Shown here: piece by piece, positions 1-13,617 of the stretch
Numbering within the stretch: the first letter of the stretch is position 1
Layout: every line of letters starts with the position of its first letter
Made by a program: the position numbers and the translations under genes
Notes under the pieces: model-generated
The model's database searches: none
The model's input: the letters and a program-made list of their open reading frames with translations, nothing else
What the model was told of the DNA's origin: nothing
DNA from: Bigelowiella natans CCMP2755
Taxonomy: Eukaryota > Protista > Cercozoa
Direction of reading: 5' to 3'
DNA: 64,000 bases
Assembly (NCBI GenBank): GCA_000320545.1
Contig: ADNK01002660.1
Location: 1 to 64,000 of the forward strand

Positions 1-71
1 TCTCGTTAGTCTCTTTCTAACGCCTTTCTCCCGTCCCCACTCCCCCAACCCCCCCCTTCTTTGTCCTGAAG

Positions 72-3000
72 GCCGTCGATTAAATTAGCGAAGGACCAAA
101 TGAGCCATCATCATTCCACAACCATCACCGAAGAAGGAGGCTCATCTAACGGGACGAGGGACAAAATACACGCCCCCATCCTCCCCGCAGCCCCTCGTCA
201 CTTAGTTGCAGAAATGCGTGAGTTGCCTATGGAGGGGATGGCAGCAGGTCCAGCCAAGCCTGCCTGCCGCTACTCGAATTGCCTCTACATCTACCCGCAG
301 GCTCTCAGCATAAGCACGCACAGAAACCTGACGGTGATGACCGAGCTCTGCGACCGTGACCAGCCCAGCGCGAAGGGCCTCCCAGCAATATTCACATACC
401 CAGGCCAGCCGCTGGATCGCGCGCACTTTGCTGCGATGACGTACCACCTTCGCCGCCCGAAGTTCTTCGAGGAGGTCAAGGTTGCGCTTCCGAACCACCT
501 GTCCCCCACCCACCATATCCGCTTTACCTTCTACAACGTCAGTCTCAAGACTCTGAAACGGGGGGCGGGCCACACAAACGCCTCCCTTAGTAAGCTCACA
601 AAGATCATCGGATTCGCATTCCTGCCGCTGCTAAGGGGGGGGCGCCCTCTCGATGAATTTTATCACTTGAGAGTATACAGCTCTCTTCCTCACGACTACA
701 TCTTTGCCGAATCTAAGTTGCGCCAGTCCCCTGCGCAAACGAAGGACCTTTTCACCGTTCGTGCCACGCTCATGTCGTCGTTGTTCACCAACGACCCGCA
801 CGTCTCTGCCTTCTTTTCCGCGATGGAGAGCCTCCATTTCCCCGTCGAGTCCACTCGCTCTGCAGCGTCATCCTCCGAATCGAAAGCGGGCGCTGCTGCT
901 GCTACTACTACTACTACTTCTACCACTACGTTTACTTCTACTGATGGATCAGCTTCCAAGTCGGTGATTGGAAAGAGAAAGGCAGTAGACCAAGAAGACT
1001 CATCCGAAGAGAAGAAGCAGCTGAATTCTTCTTCCGAGCAAGCTACTACCCCTGCAGGGGTACAACCATCAGCCGGTAGCGCTTCCTCCACAGCCGTCGC
1101 AACATCGATGGATCCTATGCCAAAATCAGCCGGAGGTGCAGCAGCGGCGGCGGAAGGAAGGGGGCGTCAAGGGGCTACTAAGTTCAAGAGTGGCGCAGCT
1201 GGGGTTGATGTTGGAGAAAAGAAGGACAAATCTCTGCACGAGCGGCTATATCTTACCACCCTGAGGAGCCCTTCTGTCACAGAGAGGCTTCAGCGCGAGG
1301 CTAACAGCACTCCCGTTCTCTGCAGCGAGTGCCTCCACAGCGGCCCCTTGTCCAAACGTGGTCAGATCTCCAACTGGGTTGCGCGATGGTTCATCCTCCG
1401 CAAACGTAAGCAGTCTTCTGCGCTTGCCTCGTCGTCCTCGGGGGGAGGAGGGGGGGCGGCGGGGGGGGGCGGGGGATCATCAGCCAAGCGCGCGAAGAGG
1501 CGTCACCCAGGGTACGAACTGGTCTACTTCTCAGACGCAACTGCGATGGCGGAGGAGGCGCGCGTGGTGTGCGGCGAGCTGAAAGAAGGCACCGTCGTCC
1601 GCCGCGCCATGGACAAGCAGTCGCGTAAGTACCCGAATCTCGTCGTGTTTAACTTGCTCCTGCCGACCTCTGACACCCCCATCCAAATCGGGTGCGGCAG
1701 CACCGCCGAGCTGCGGACGTGGAGGGAGGCCTTCGCCCAGGCCATCCTCGAGCAGCGGGCCACATTCCAAGCGATATCTTCCGTGTGCCGCGGAAAAGCT
1801 CACGTCCTGGCGCAATTTCTTCCGACGCTACTCCGGCAGATGTTCCGCGTTCTCTGCTATACCAGCAAGAAAGCGACCCGCGTCAGCATATTCAGCTCCA
1901 TTCTTCGTCTGTTTCACAGCATTCAATCAAATGTACCTAACAAGACCTCAGGGGGTGAGAAGAGGAGGGGTAAGAGTAACCCCAGAGCGCCGCGCCGGAG
2001 TGGTAGCGCGAGCAGCCAAGGGGCGAATGGAGGTAGGTCGGCGGGGGAGGGGCGCAGCTTGCTTCTCGAGCAGTTTGCGAACTACCTGTTCCGTGACTAT
2101 GCGATGGAGGAGGCCTTGCGGCTGAGAGAGCGCAGAGCAGCAACTAGGAGTAACACCGCTGGAAGAGGCGATGGTGAGAAGGCAGCCGGCAAGGAAAAGC
2201 CAAGAAAGAAACTCAACACTGAAACATCCACCTCCTCCTCCCTCGCCCCTAATGACAATTCCGATTCCGTCTATTCTCCCCGGAGGGGGGGGGGGGGCTC
2301 TCCGCTCTGGACCTACAAGGCGTTGTGCATCGCCTGGAATGAAACGAGCGACCGGCGGACGTTGAACTCGGCCTCGGAATTTTCCTGGCTCCTGCTGCGC
2401 ATCTTCTACAAATCGATGGTCTTCCATGCGGAGCATTGCAAGGCCACGCAACAACCCAACAACATAACGCCCTCCGGAAACTACCGGTTTTTAACTGAGA
2501 GGACGCTCTCGAAGATGAGAAGCATGTTACTCGGCCTCGCGGAGATAGTTACCGCCCGCCCGCGGAGCGGGGGCGGAAGCGGCGGGTTCATGAGCGGCAG
2601 AGGGGGGGGGGTGACACGAGAGACCGACAGGTCCTCTTTCACCGAGCGGCCGCTTGAAAGCGGTGTGATTCTGAATCGTTCCTTGAGCATATTCTTCCGG
2701 GATTGCTATCAGATCTTGGACAGGGGCCTAGTGACGGATATCGTCGCAACCTACATACAAGGAATGACGAATCACGGTCAAAACGCCTCAGTCAGCGGCC
2801 CAGCTATCTTAGACGACCGCGCGCGCGCGGAGGAGCGCAAGTGCGAGCTGTTGATGGTCCTCTCCTCCCACCCCCACTTTGAAGCGATCGCAGCGCCGTC
2901 GCGGCTGTCGCGCGCAATGGTGGGCTGCCTCAATTCGGTAACCGCGGAAGCTGACGAGGACACGCTCCGCCCCCAATCGCGCATTGCAGACCTCGCGCGC

Positions 3001-4707
3001 AAGTTCACCCCCTCCTCCTCCCTCGCGGTTGGAGTCCCCATTTCCGAGCCGGGCGAAGAGGGAGACGGGGGCAAGACCAAGGACTCCACCTCCGCGCGCC
3101 GTATCCCTTATAACACACCGAACGACCTAGGGTTAGAGGGGCGGGCAGGCACTGCTCTCGCAGCGTCACCTCCAGAGCGAGGTCATTTTTACTTCCGTCT
3201 CCTTGCGGCCGAACTCCGGGGCTGCTTGCGACGACGGCGTGTTCTTGCCCCTGATACCCCCGTGTCGCTGCGCCCCCTCGAGGACATTGCAGCCGTGCTT
3301 CGGTCCCTGGCGGCTGACAACGTGCAAAGAGAGATCGACCTTGCCAGAGAGGAGGAAGAGGAGAAGAAGCAGAAGAAGGGGGAGGAGGAGGAGGAGGATG
3401 GATTTGGTGGGCGGCAGAGCGATGATAGCCATAGCAAAGGCATGAATGACCAGAATGCTGCTGGTCTCGGAGACTCAAGAGAGAAGTCCTCTACGGGGCC
3501 TCCATTGTCGGCATCATCGCCGTCTGGTGACTTTCACCCATCCCCCCCTCCCCGGTCCTCCACGGCTACAAAGCATACTGGCGCACTTTTGGCGCAAGCG
3601 TTCCTCCCGATCATACGCGTCATGTGGCGGCAAACCAAAGCAATGGCGACCATCAAGGGCACGCGCGCGCTGAAGGACCTCCTCCTTATTCTCATATACG
3701 TGGTTCGCACAGTGCCGGCATCTTGGATTCGAGTAGCCCTTGAAACCCCTGGCTCCTTGATCTACATCCCAACGTCAGAGCGCCCCGCATGGCTACAGCA
3801 GATGATGAGGCTGTGCACGCTAGTTCTGGAGGAGTTCGTGCATCGCTCGGCATTAGCTACAAACATCCTCCCTCCGCCGCGGAAGGATGTTGCCCCCCCC
3901 TTACCGGTACGGTGTAGCATACTCAAGTCGATGCCGGGTCTCGGGGGGGGCGGGAAAAAGAAGATGGGTAAGCGCGGAAGTGTCAAGATCGGCAAAACCG
4001 CAGGTATGTAGTGGGGATCAGGTTAGGGTAAGGGGAGAGGGGGGGGAGGAGAGCGGAGACTCTTCATACGTGAAAGTCATATCAAAAGAGCCTCATCCTA
4101 CCTCGCTGTAGATAGAGTTGTTTCTCATTCTTCGCCGCACGCAGCACCCGAATATTGTCTGCACGCAACCACAACCCCCTCCCCTCCCCTTTTCCCTTCC
4201 CTAAAATTAAATTAAGTTCATAAAACCGAAAATACATCAACTAACACGGCACGCGCGCGATCATTTAGGCACAATTCCGGCAGGGATGTTTCGGAGGGCG
4301 CTGGAGGCTGCGCACGGTGACTCATCAAACGACTCGCAGCGGCGCGAGGAAGAGCTGAAAGCAGGCTCTAATCGCAGCTCCCATCAGCGCGCTTACAGCC
4401 TGATTTCTAGGAATCTTGCCGCTCTCAACCTCGAAATCCCTACCACGGCAGTAACGGAAATGCCTTCGGGTGCGAGCTCCTCAGAGAACACGAGGTCAAA
4501 GAAGGCGATGGACACGAAGGCAGCTGAGTGTGGGGGCGGTGACAGGGCCTCCTCAACGGCTGCAAGCAGCAATAATGCTCTTCGTAAAGACCTCGCGGGC
4601 TTGCAGAGCAGCGGGCTCCGGAGGCGGGCGAGCACAATCGAGTCAGCGAGATATGGGATTAGGGAAGGGGGGGGGGGGGGGGGATCATCAGTCAATTTAG
4701 AAATATG

Positions 4708-4763
<56 letters not shown>

Positions 4764-5174
4764 AGGAGTATTCTCAGCTTCAGCATATCGTCCAGAAGTT
4801 CTTCCATAACATCTCACAATCTTTTATGTTGTCGTCGTCGTTGTTGTTGTTGTTGTTGTAATTGTTATTGCTGCTGTTGCTGTTATTTCTCTCTTCTTGG
4901 CTACCAACTACCGACAGATTGAGTTCGGTGCCCACGAATAAGCAAAGGTCACGCACTCCTAACCAGAGTCCTCCGACAAATCGCCACAAGCGAGACATCA
5001 GCCAATCCCTGCAGGACGTCGAGAAGCGTGCAATCGGTGGGCGCAGTGCATTTTTAAATTGTGAAGCGTGTATTGGGACGTGAGGGATGACTATCGGTGG
5101 AGTAATACTCGCAGCTGTGCTGTGGGGCGGGGATATCTACACAAATCTATGTTTTGTGCCTATATCGCTCTATG

Positions 5175-5230
<56 letters not shown>

Positions 5231-6688
5231 AGTGTGTATCTTCTACTTTTGGTGGGGCCCGTGATGGTGATGTTCGCAATGACTCCATTGCTGCTACTGC
5301 TGCTGCTACGGATTACTAGGCATCTCCGCCACCCACGCAGAGGCAAGGGAGCGGCAGATGAGGGAGGAAATCCGCCAGAAAACAACCTCAAGATTCCGCC
5401 AGCGCGACGCCTCGCACCCGTACTCGAAAGCGTCTCGAGTCTTCTTCGCCGAGGCTTGCCAGGTCGTTCTCGACCTTATCACCGACATTATTGTCCCGCT
5501 CTGCGACGATGCCCTCGGCGACCTGTCGGGAAAGCAGCCCAGCGCCTCGAAGGCAGAGAGGGAGAGAAGGCTGCATGAAAAGAACACCGGCACGCCGATC
5601 GCGGATGCGCGCGTTGGTATCTACGACGAGGCTGATATGCTGCTGGACTGTGATGGCAAGGACGGCAAGGAGGACTGGAAGAGGGAGGGGGGGACTACTC
5701 GGCCTCGCCATCGTCGTGATGATCAGCAGCAGCAGCAGCAGCGGCTGGAAGTTGTGCAGCACTCGCAGAGCGCGGTCCTGCGGTTTCTGCTGTCTATGCT
5801 GCGGGCCGATACCTCGGTGAGGGTGCGGAGGAGGACCTGCATGACCGTGTCGTGGCTGATGTGCCGGTAAGTGAGAAGCCGGTGTGGCGATACGCACTGC
5901 ATGTGCGGGTGTATAAATTATATATTTGAGTATGAATAATTATGTATTATATATATATATATATATATATTATATTATATATGTATGTGTATGTGTGTGT
6001 GTGTGTGCGCGCGCGCGCTATGATGATGAGAGAAATAGCTGCTCTTCGTGTTGTAGAGAGACCTATTGCCCTTTCCAACGGAGATATTTACTTACAACTA
6101 ATGAAGTCCTCCCCCCCCCCCTCTTCTACCAACAACAATAACAACAACAACTAGGTATCAGTCCACGTTCATCCCTCTCTCCGTCCCCCCAAAGCTCGAT
6201 ATCGACAAGCTATCGAAATCGGGTCAGGGCGAGGTCAATGGCAGCTGGGCTCGCAATGCGAGCAAAATCCGCGCCATCAGCAGCCGCGTGGAGTGGGAAG
6301 CAAACCTAAGATATCTTTGGTATAAATGACATGGCATCAGAAACCCAAATAGCATATGATGACACGTATTGACAGTATCAGTGCTGGTCGCGCTTTCGCC
6401 GTCCGCTAATATAGCATGCCGCTGCTCTACCAAACATCCTGCCCTCTTCCTCCTACTGCTGCTGCTACTCTTCCTCCTCCTCCTCCTCCTCCTCCTCCTC
6501 CTCAGGTTTTCATTCTTACGGCAAACCGCATGCCCTGGCCCACTGCAAAAGGACGCTCTAGGGTTACTTTACCAGCTCTGTCAGCTCACGCACAGGAAGT
6601 ACGGAACAGCAACACCTTTCCGCAAAGCGGCAATCGAAGGGTAATAATGAGGTCGGAGCAGAGATCAGTTTCCACCCCTATAGATGAT

Positions 6689-6738
<50 letters not shown>

Positions 6739-7624
6739 ACACACACATATATATTCTGTATTTCTGCTTTCGAGTTACAAGAACTTAAGCGAGGCTTTGA
6801 TATGCTGTGGAGAGATAGGCTCCTAAGTCATGCTTAAACTGCTGCAATAGCAGCTCATACCTCTCTGCTAACATCCATGAATCTGCCTCTCCTCCGGGAA
6901 AAACAACAGATTCGGCGACGTTGTCCATCGTGTCTTGAAGTTGCGAAGACCGTTAGAGATGAAGCAGCCTATGCCCCCCCTCCTCGAAAAGGGGGAGGGC
7001 ATAGACGGCGCTGACAGCAGCTACGGAGCTGGAGGGGGCGGCGCCGATTCTTCGGCTAACAATCCTCTCTTCTCCAATCTTCGATCTCCTCACCCGACCC
7101 CCGCCAATCCCAAGGATCTCCGCGAACTCAGTAACAAGGTAACAAGCAGGGGGGGGGGGGGGGGGGGGGGGGGGGGTTTGAAAATTGTAAAAAAAAGAAT
7201 TGTTTAAGGAAAAAAAAAAGCGGCCCCCTCAAGCCCGGGGGCGGCGGGGAGCGCGGAAGGTCCCCCCCCCTTTTTCAGGGGGGGGGGGCAAAGGCCGTTT
7301 CATTTTCAAGGGATTTCGCAATTCCAAAACACGTTGGCCACCGTCCCCGAACCCGTCTCTCATCCCTACGTCGCCACCAGGTTAGAAGAGGCTCGCTTCA
7401 AGCGGATGCGAAGGTCGGAGGGGGGGGGGATGAACGACGCTTTTCGGTGGGGGATATGGACGTCAAAACTGATCTCACCGCTGTTGCGATGACGGTGGGA
7501 TCGAGCGACACACCACGCTCAGGGCGCTCGGAGCACACACAGGAGAGCAGCAGGGCCTACCCGGAGAGCATAGAGACAGCGAGCGACCCCGCTGCTGGGT
7601 GATGGATTCACGAGGACTCACATC

Positions 7625-7669
<45 letters not shown>

Positions 7670-7686
7670 AGAGAGATTTACCTGTG

Positions 7687-7724
<38 letters not shown>

Positions 7725-9314
7725 CATAGTAATGTGGTATATGCGTGTGCTCACTCCCTGTGGCGGGTTTCTGTTCGCTCTGCAGTGGCGGGTCTTCTTC
7801 GACAACAACAGGCAGCAAGGGGGGGGACGGCACGGGCGGCGGTAACGCGTTCTTCGATGCAGGAAGCTCCTTACTCGCCGACGATAAGGTCTCTCAGTCG
7901 CATTTTAGACTCCTCCACGCAACGAAAAGGGGGCGGCAGCTGCAACCGGAGGAGGTTCTCTTGAAAGGCCTCGGCAGAGTCATTTACTGTGCGAGAGCTG
8001 CGGAGGCAAAAGACGCGCGGCAGAGACGCGTCACCTCTGGGTACCTTGCAGCCAGTCTACAGGTAATTACTGGTCGCGACAGCGCCATTAAAGACGATGA
8101 CGATGATGACTTTGAAGAAATAAAACACAATAAATGAATAATGCGGGGGCGGCAGCGAGTGAGAGGCTGAATATTGCATACATTGCGACACGTGCAGCAG
8201 CAGCCTCCTGTGGTCTAATCTCCCCCACCCCTCCCTCCTGATGCTGCTCCCCAGGTGTCGAAGTTGTTCGGTAGGATGGCGCGTGTGCTGCAGCTACTCC
8301 GCAGCCCGTTCCGCCGAGGGAAGAAGCAATTCTCCCTTCGCGAGATGATAGCGTGGCGGTACAACAGCATCATCCAGGCCTACGAGGACTCCCCCGATCT
8401 GCAGTTTTACTACCAGACGCGGCTGAAGCAGTTTCACGAGCGCAACGGCGATATCGTCGAGGCAGCTGTGGTGGCCTCTCAAATTGCGGACCGGGGTTAG
8501 TCGCATAACTAGTATATGAAGTAGAAGTAGGTAGTAGTAGTAGTAGTAGTAGTAGAAGTTGTAGTGTAGTAGCAGTTGTCAGTTGCATACCTCTGGCTGC
8601 TGTCGTAACAATAATAGCAATTCCGCAGCTATATCCATGAGCATCCAACGTCTTTGTGTTGTTCTTATCGTCGGTTCCCCTCTCCACCCGCCATCAACAG
8701 CATACCACCTTCTCTCCATCGGCATTGGCGGGTCGTCCGGCGCGGTGCAAGCCGAGCAAGCTGACACCTTCACGAAGATGACTCGCGCGGCCTCGAGGCT
8801 GTACGAGAAGGCCTGCTACGCCGAGCGCGCGGTGCAGCAGGAGCGCAAGCTTGCGAGCTTCCATGAGGCGCGGCAGTCGTATAACCTCGCCGCTGAGGCG
8901 CATGCACGCATTGCTCAGCTGCTGGGGGACATCTATCAGTATGAAACGGGTAGGCTTGACCGCTCGCTGGGGACCTACTACCGGGTTGAGTTCTTCGGCA
9001 GTGCGAGGGTGCTCCACCACCTGCGCGCCAGCCTGCCCCCCCCCCCATCCGGGCGCGTGGAGGCGGGTGGGGTCAGCGGGCTGTGCTATGATCGCCCCAC
9101 GCTGAGTGTGAGAGCTGTGGAAGGCGCGACGCGGTTTGTCTTTCGAGAGAGGAAAATCACGCGGCTAATGGAGATCTGCACGCGGCTGAAGGCTATAGAG
9201 AGGTCGGTGCGGTTATGGCGGATTGCTGCTTCTTTTGTCTATACATCCATCCCATGGGCATTGCTTTGCACGGCTTGTGTCGTCTGCGAGCTGCGGTGTT
9301 TATGGCGATAACAT

Positions 9315-9359
<45 letters not shown>

Positions 9360-9837
9360 TTCACACACAGGCAACACTTACGCCTCTCTTCTCCTTCTCT
9401 TTCCCATCCTCCTCCTCCTCGCCTCCCCACCCACCCCACAGCCTGATTCCCGGCAAAGTCGTGATCCTGCAAGACGCGGGGGAGGAGAAGTCGCTTCGGC
9501 CAGACGAGCTTGGGATCAAGGTCACGAAGCTTGACCCAGTTTCTGACGACGTCCACGATGCTATACTCAAGAAAGGGACCCTAGCACAAAAGCGTGGGTC
9601 CTGCCTTTATCACCAGAACGCGGAGTGCCGCCGCTTTGTCTTCGAGACGCCATTCACCAAAAGCGGGCGCGCGCACGCCAAGTCCACCGCCGAGCAGTAC
9701 TTGCGAAGGACCATCTGCACGGTGGTCGAGCGGTTTCCGACGAGTGAGAAGCTGCAGCCAATTGTGAGTGAAGAGCATGTTGACTTGGAACCGATTGAGG
9801 CAGCAACAAAGGCGATTCGGTAGGAGCGAAGAGTGGT

Positions 9838-9877
<40 letters not shown>

Positions 9878-10552
9878 GTGTGAGACTCGAAGTTATCGAA
9901 AAGCGGAGGCCTCTCCCTCCTCCCTTTTTTCTTTCTCGCCTACCAACTTACCTACCAAAGCTTCCTTACGCCTTTTTCCGCCGACGACAAGAGATTTCTG
10001 TATTTATCCAGTAGCGGCTTGATAGTATGGGTGAATGGCGCTCCATCCGTCACCGTTGATCTCTAAATCCTCTCCCCTTCCTCCTCCTCAGAGAGAAAGT
10101 GCGGGATTTGACGTTGAAGGCCTTCCCCCTAGAAGGGCAAGCGAAGCTAAAGACGCTTTATCAAGTACTTTCAGGAGCGGTAAATCCCCAAGTACATGGC
10201 GGGGTTATAGAGGTACGATGGTGTAGCACAGAAGGGCTGTTGATAGCCGAGCATGTGATGTTGGAATAGAGATATGTTTCACCAATGACTAATGGGGGTG
10301 AAGGCATGAAATCGCCGGTTGAGTTTGATTTGGTGGTATCAGTGGAAGCTTGATTTTTCAGATCTAGGCGCGTCTGTATTATGAACGTCTTTATGCGTAT
10401 CGTTGTTGAGCCCTTCCTCCCATTAAGACGCGGTTATCTGCAAGTGAGGTGTTGTTACTGTGAAATGGTTTGTAGGTCGCTCAGGCGTTCTTGAAGGACT
10501 CTGTTATTGCTACCTACAAAACAGAGCACGTGGAGCAGCTACAAGGTATCTT

Positions 10553-10599
<47 letters not shown>

Positions 10600-11703
10600 C
10601 TCCCTGCCAATTCAATGTACAATCGAAAGGTCTTGGCTCACCCTCATTCGTGCCCTCACTGTCACTGATCTTGTGTTGATATTGATGTCGTCGGTCAACT
10701 GTATGATGCCACCAGACGTGCTTATACGCTTTATGGATATTGCAAAGAAAGCACTACGTGTGGCGAGGAAGGTGTGCGGCGTATCATTCAGTATTAGGCA
10801 TTATTTAAGGCATATTTTTCGAGAGAAAACCGGCGCCAGTGATTTAGATTTCTCGAGATTTCCCAATTTGAGTTTCTTACTTCTCATCATGCATCACCTC
10901 GATGACTATACATTCTCACACGCTTACTTGTTTCCATGGGTAGACCTTGGAGCATAGGCCGACTGCTGAAAGATCGACCAAAGATGGTATATATCCATTT
11001 GTGATTTCTTATTGAGGACTGTACCAGGCGAAGAATATTACAGCAAATATACAACATTTTGTATTTTCCCCCACCCACCCAAGCATCGGTGATGAGTCGT
11101 TATCTCTTTGCAGCGGCTGCGGCAATTGAAGAGGAGGCCAAAGATATGGAGTTCCAGAACGTACATGTGCACGGCATGAAATCTTTGTTATTATGTTTCA
11201 TAAATATTTGTATGTAGTAGCTATGTGTTTGCGAGCATCCGTTTATGGGAAAAGCGCGATTGATATGGAATGCGGTGCTCCAATGTGCAGATTCTGGAGG
11301 AGCGTTTCGACGCTCTCAAAGAGAAAATGAAACGGTAAAAAAAACAGCCATCACACACGTACACATGGGCATCCGAAGATTGAACCACGAAGAACCACAT
11401 AGCCACGTTGAGCTCAGTAGTTCTTTAGAGGCAGGCATTGCTCTGTTTGTCTGATGCTGCCTTCTTGTGTTGGTGACCTGCCAAACCTCACATGGTTTTG
11501 GATAAAACAGGTACTTCGAGACCGCCCAAACGTACATTCAAAGGGAGTCTCTGCCAGAGATTATAGACGAGGAGGGTGCTGCAGCCGCAGTTGCGCCATC
11601 TTTAGTGAGCGCGGAGGCTAATCCGTTACACGCAGGAATCATTGAGCCCCTTGCGAATAATCACAGGAGGGTGACATCAAACACTTCCGTGCTCGAGTTA
11701 TGA
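72..11703 (+). CDS. DOCK-family (DOCK-C/D, zizimin-like) Rho GEF; multi-exon, 5' end lies upstream of the window
   Basis: DHR-1/C2 motifs YSNCLYIYPQ and YHLRRPKFFEEVKVALP..HHIRFTFYNVS (~270-790). PH-like domain LHSGPLSKRG..NWVARWFIL..ELRTWREAF (~1330-1750). DHR-2 motifs in later exons: AYEDSPDL, GTYYRVEFFG, RFVFETPFTKSGRAH..EQYLRRTI, LEPIEAA, and VLSGAVNPQVHGG (nucleotide-sensor Val). Exons join in phase through GT-AG introns (e.g. 4004-4268), except across the suspect poly-G region at ~7.15-7.33 kb. Stop TGA at 11701-11703. The frame is open upstream of ATG 100 to an AG at ~71. Confidence 0.93.
4706..4758. repeat. Intronic compound microsatellite (TA)n(GA)n; representative of dozens of (TA)n/(CA)n/(GA)n tracts in introns at 4-11 kb, 20-32 kb and 56-63 kb
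   Basis: Directly visible. Similar tracts occur at ~5180, 5950, 7630, 9320, 22350, 26620, 32030, 56355 and 57735. Confidence 0.95.
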
Positions 11704-12000
11704 GCTATGTCGTTGGTGGTAAGTAGTTGGAGTGCTCGCTATGGCAGTATTAGAGATTCGGGCGCCTGCGATTATATTGGAACCTAATCATTCCATGCAA
11801 CATGCCAAGAATAGTTCCTACTGTACTAACTAAACATGCCATGCATGTATGCACATATGTGTATATGTGTGCAAATGGCGTGTACTAGCTGGGAGCACAA
11901 TACAATGCATGTCATTGCCTCGCTCTTGCTGCTGTTGCTTCATATACAAACTACTATCACTTAACAAGTGCAGAAGTCCTGCAAGCATAGATTGCGCTTT

Positions 12001-13080
12001 TGAAAGACACGCCCTTGCTTTGCATCTGAAATTGCAAAAGAAAAAAAGGTTTTTGGTGAGGCTGTGCTGCTCAAGCATCCCTCATGCCGTCATTGACCAT
12101 GAAACTAAATTTTCACAAATGATCATGGTTCACTGCGACCAGCAGACACGTCTAGACGTGGCCCCACTTTGGAGATCTGCTCGCAAAAATGTGCACATGC
12201 GTCAAGACAGATTCCATGTAATGACAAATTTTGAAGAGTGTTGGGATTGCCTGGATCCATCTCCAATGCATGACGTTTCCCATGTGCTCACCATGCATGT
12301 TACACTGCCACCATGCTAGCATGGCATCGCACCAGAGTGCTGTGTGCAAAAACCTGGCTGCGCACCAATGATGCTTGGATTGATGATGGTGACGGCCACG
12401 CATTGGATGAGGAAGTGCACAATTGGAGCAGCTTTGGCTTCGCATTGATCCTTGTTGAGTATTGAAATAAAAAATCATGCAACACAGAGCATCTCTGCGT
12501 TTCGCCGGCTCAGTCTCACATCACCAACGATCTGCTAAATGACGGACTTCCATCCTAGCTAGCAGCCTAGCTGACTAGCACCGTTTGATCGACAACATCA
12601 GCACTCAAAAAAGACCTTCAAGTGCATCATTGCAAAAAGATCAAATCTGCTGCTTTGTCCGCTGTTCAAGAAGAATGGTCTTCTGATCTGCACAAGAGCT
12701 GTGCAGCTGAAACATCTCGGTGTCCTTCCATTCTCTCGCATCACTGGCATCAATAAGTTGAAATTGCCAAGTGTTGCCACCACATGGATGCGTGCCATCT
12801 GTGGCTGAGGTGAGAAACCTCGGAAAAAATCATGTTGTCACGAGGACAATGGAGGCAGATGCCATGGCACATGCGAACATCTTGCAAGAAATGGACCACT
12901 GCTTCAATGCGAAGCAAACAAGCACCAACAGCGTAAATTGCACAATCAACTGAAAGCCATCATGGAACACAACACTGCTGAAACAAAAAAGTTCACTCAG
13001 CCCACAAGCTGAGAAAGAAAAACGGGACATCGCGCGTGCTGCGTGTGACACATGCAGACGACATGATGCACATGCTTTCA
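12001..13080. other. TpA-depleted intergenic island 1
   Basis: Hand count: about 14 TpA in 1,080 bp, 6 of them in CTAG, against several dozen expected from base composition. CpG is present and TG/CA is abundant. Confidence 0.85.
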
Positions 13081-13617
13081 CATGTATGGCATAATACATC
13101 ACAGCGGAGACAAACAGACACAACGCCAGCGTTGTATAGCCGAAGCAGCGGCTACATCAGGATGACCATTGAAAAGATTTGATCAATTCATTGCATCCGT
13201 CTCATGTAAATTGTGGTTTAAACTAGTTTCATGATCAAATCATTGATGAGGCTGGTGATTACGGAGGAGCTCAAGGCCTGCTAAAATGCTACGCATGGCA
13301 TGACGCGAACGTAATGCATTAATTTTCTTGAGCCTCTCGATACAATGCGCTGCTGGCCTGGCTCGCATGCACAACGCTGTACTTGCATGATGAATATGGC
13401 ATTGCATGACTCAAAGAAGATTTTGTGAATTAGTAATGGTCCTTAATTGATATATTTATGCAGATAATGAATGTATTTCATAGTATTGCAAACATGTAAT
13501 TATCTCATTATTCAACTCTTCCGCCTATTTCGAACGATTGTAGACGATTGCAATAGAGGCCAACTCCAGGCTTTATTTCCCCTTCGCACAGCATTTGCAT
13601 AGGCCTCCTTCTGCTGA

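Noticed and set aside
7149-7330. 28-G run followed by homopolymer-rich sequence that disrupts the DOCK frame
   Set aside because: Typical of read-quality collapse after a poly-G tract. It is probably a sequencing artefact rather than pseudogenisation or a G-quadruplex element.
4700-10700. Many short ORFs with YIYI, CVCV, THTH, LSLS or ERER runs
   Set aside because: These are translations of intronic microsatellites.
12001-13080. CpG methylation decay or classical RIP as the cause of the TG/CA excess
   Set aside because: CpG remains common, and TpA is lost rather than gained, which is the opposite of both signatures.
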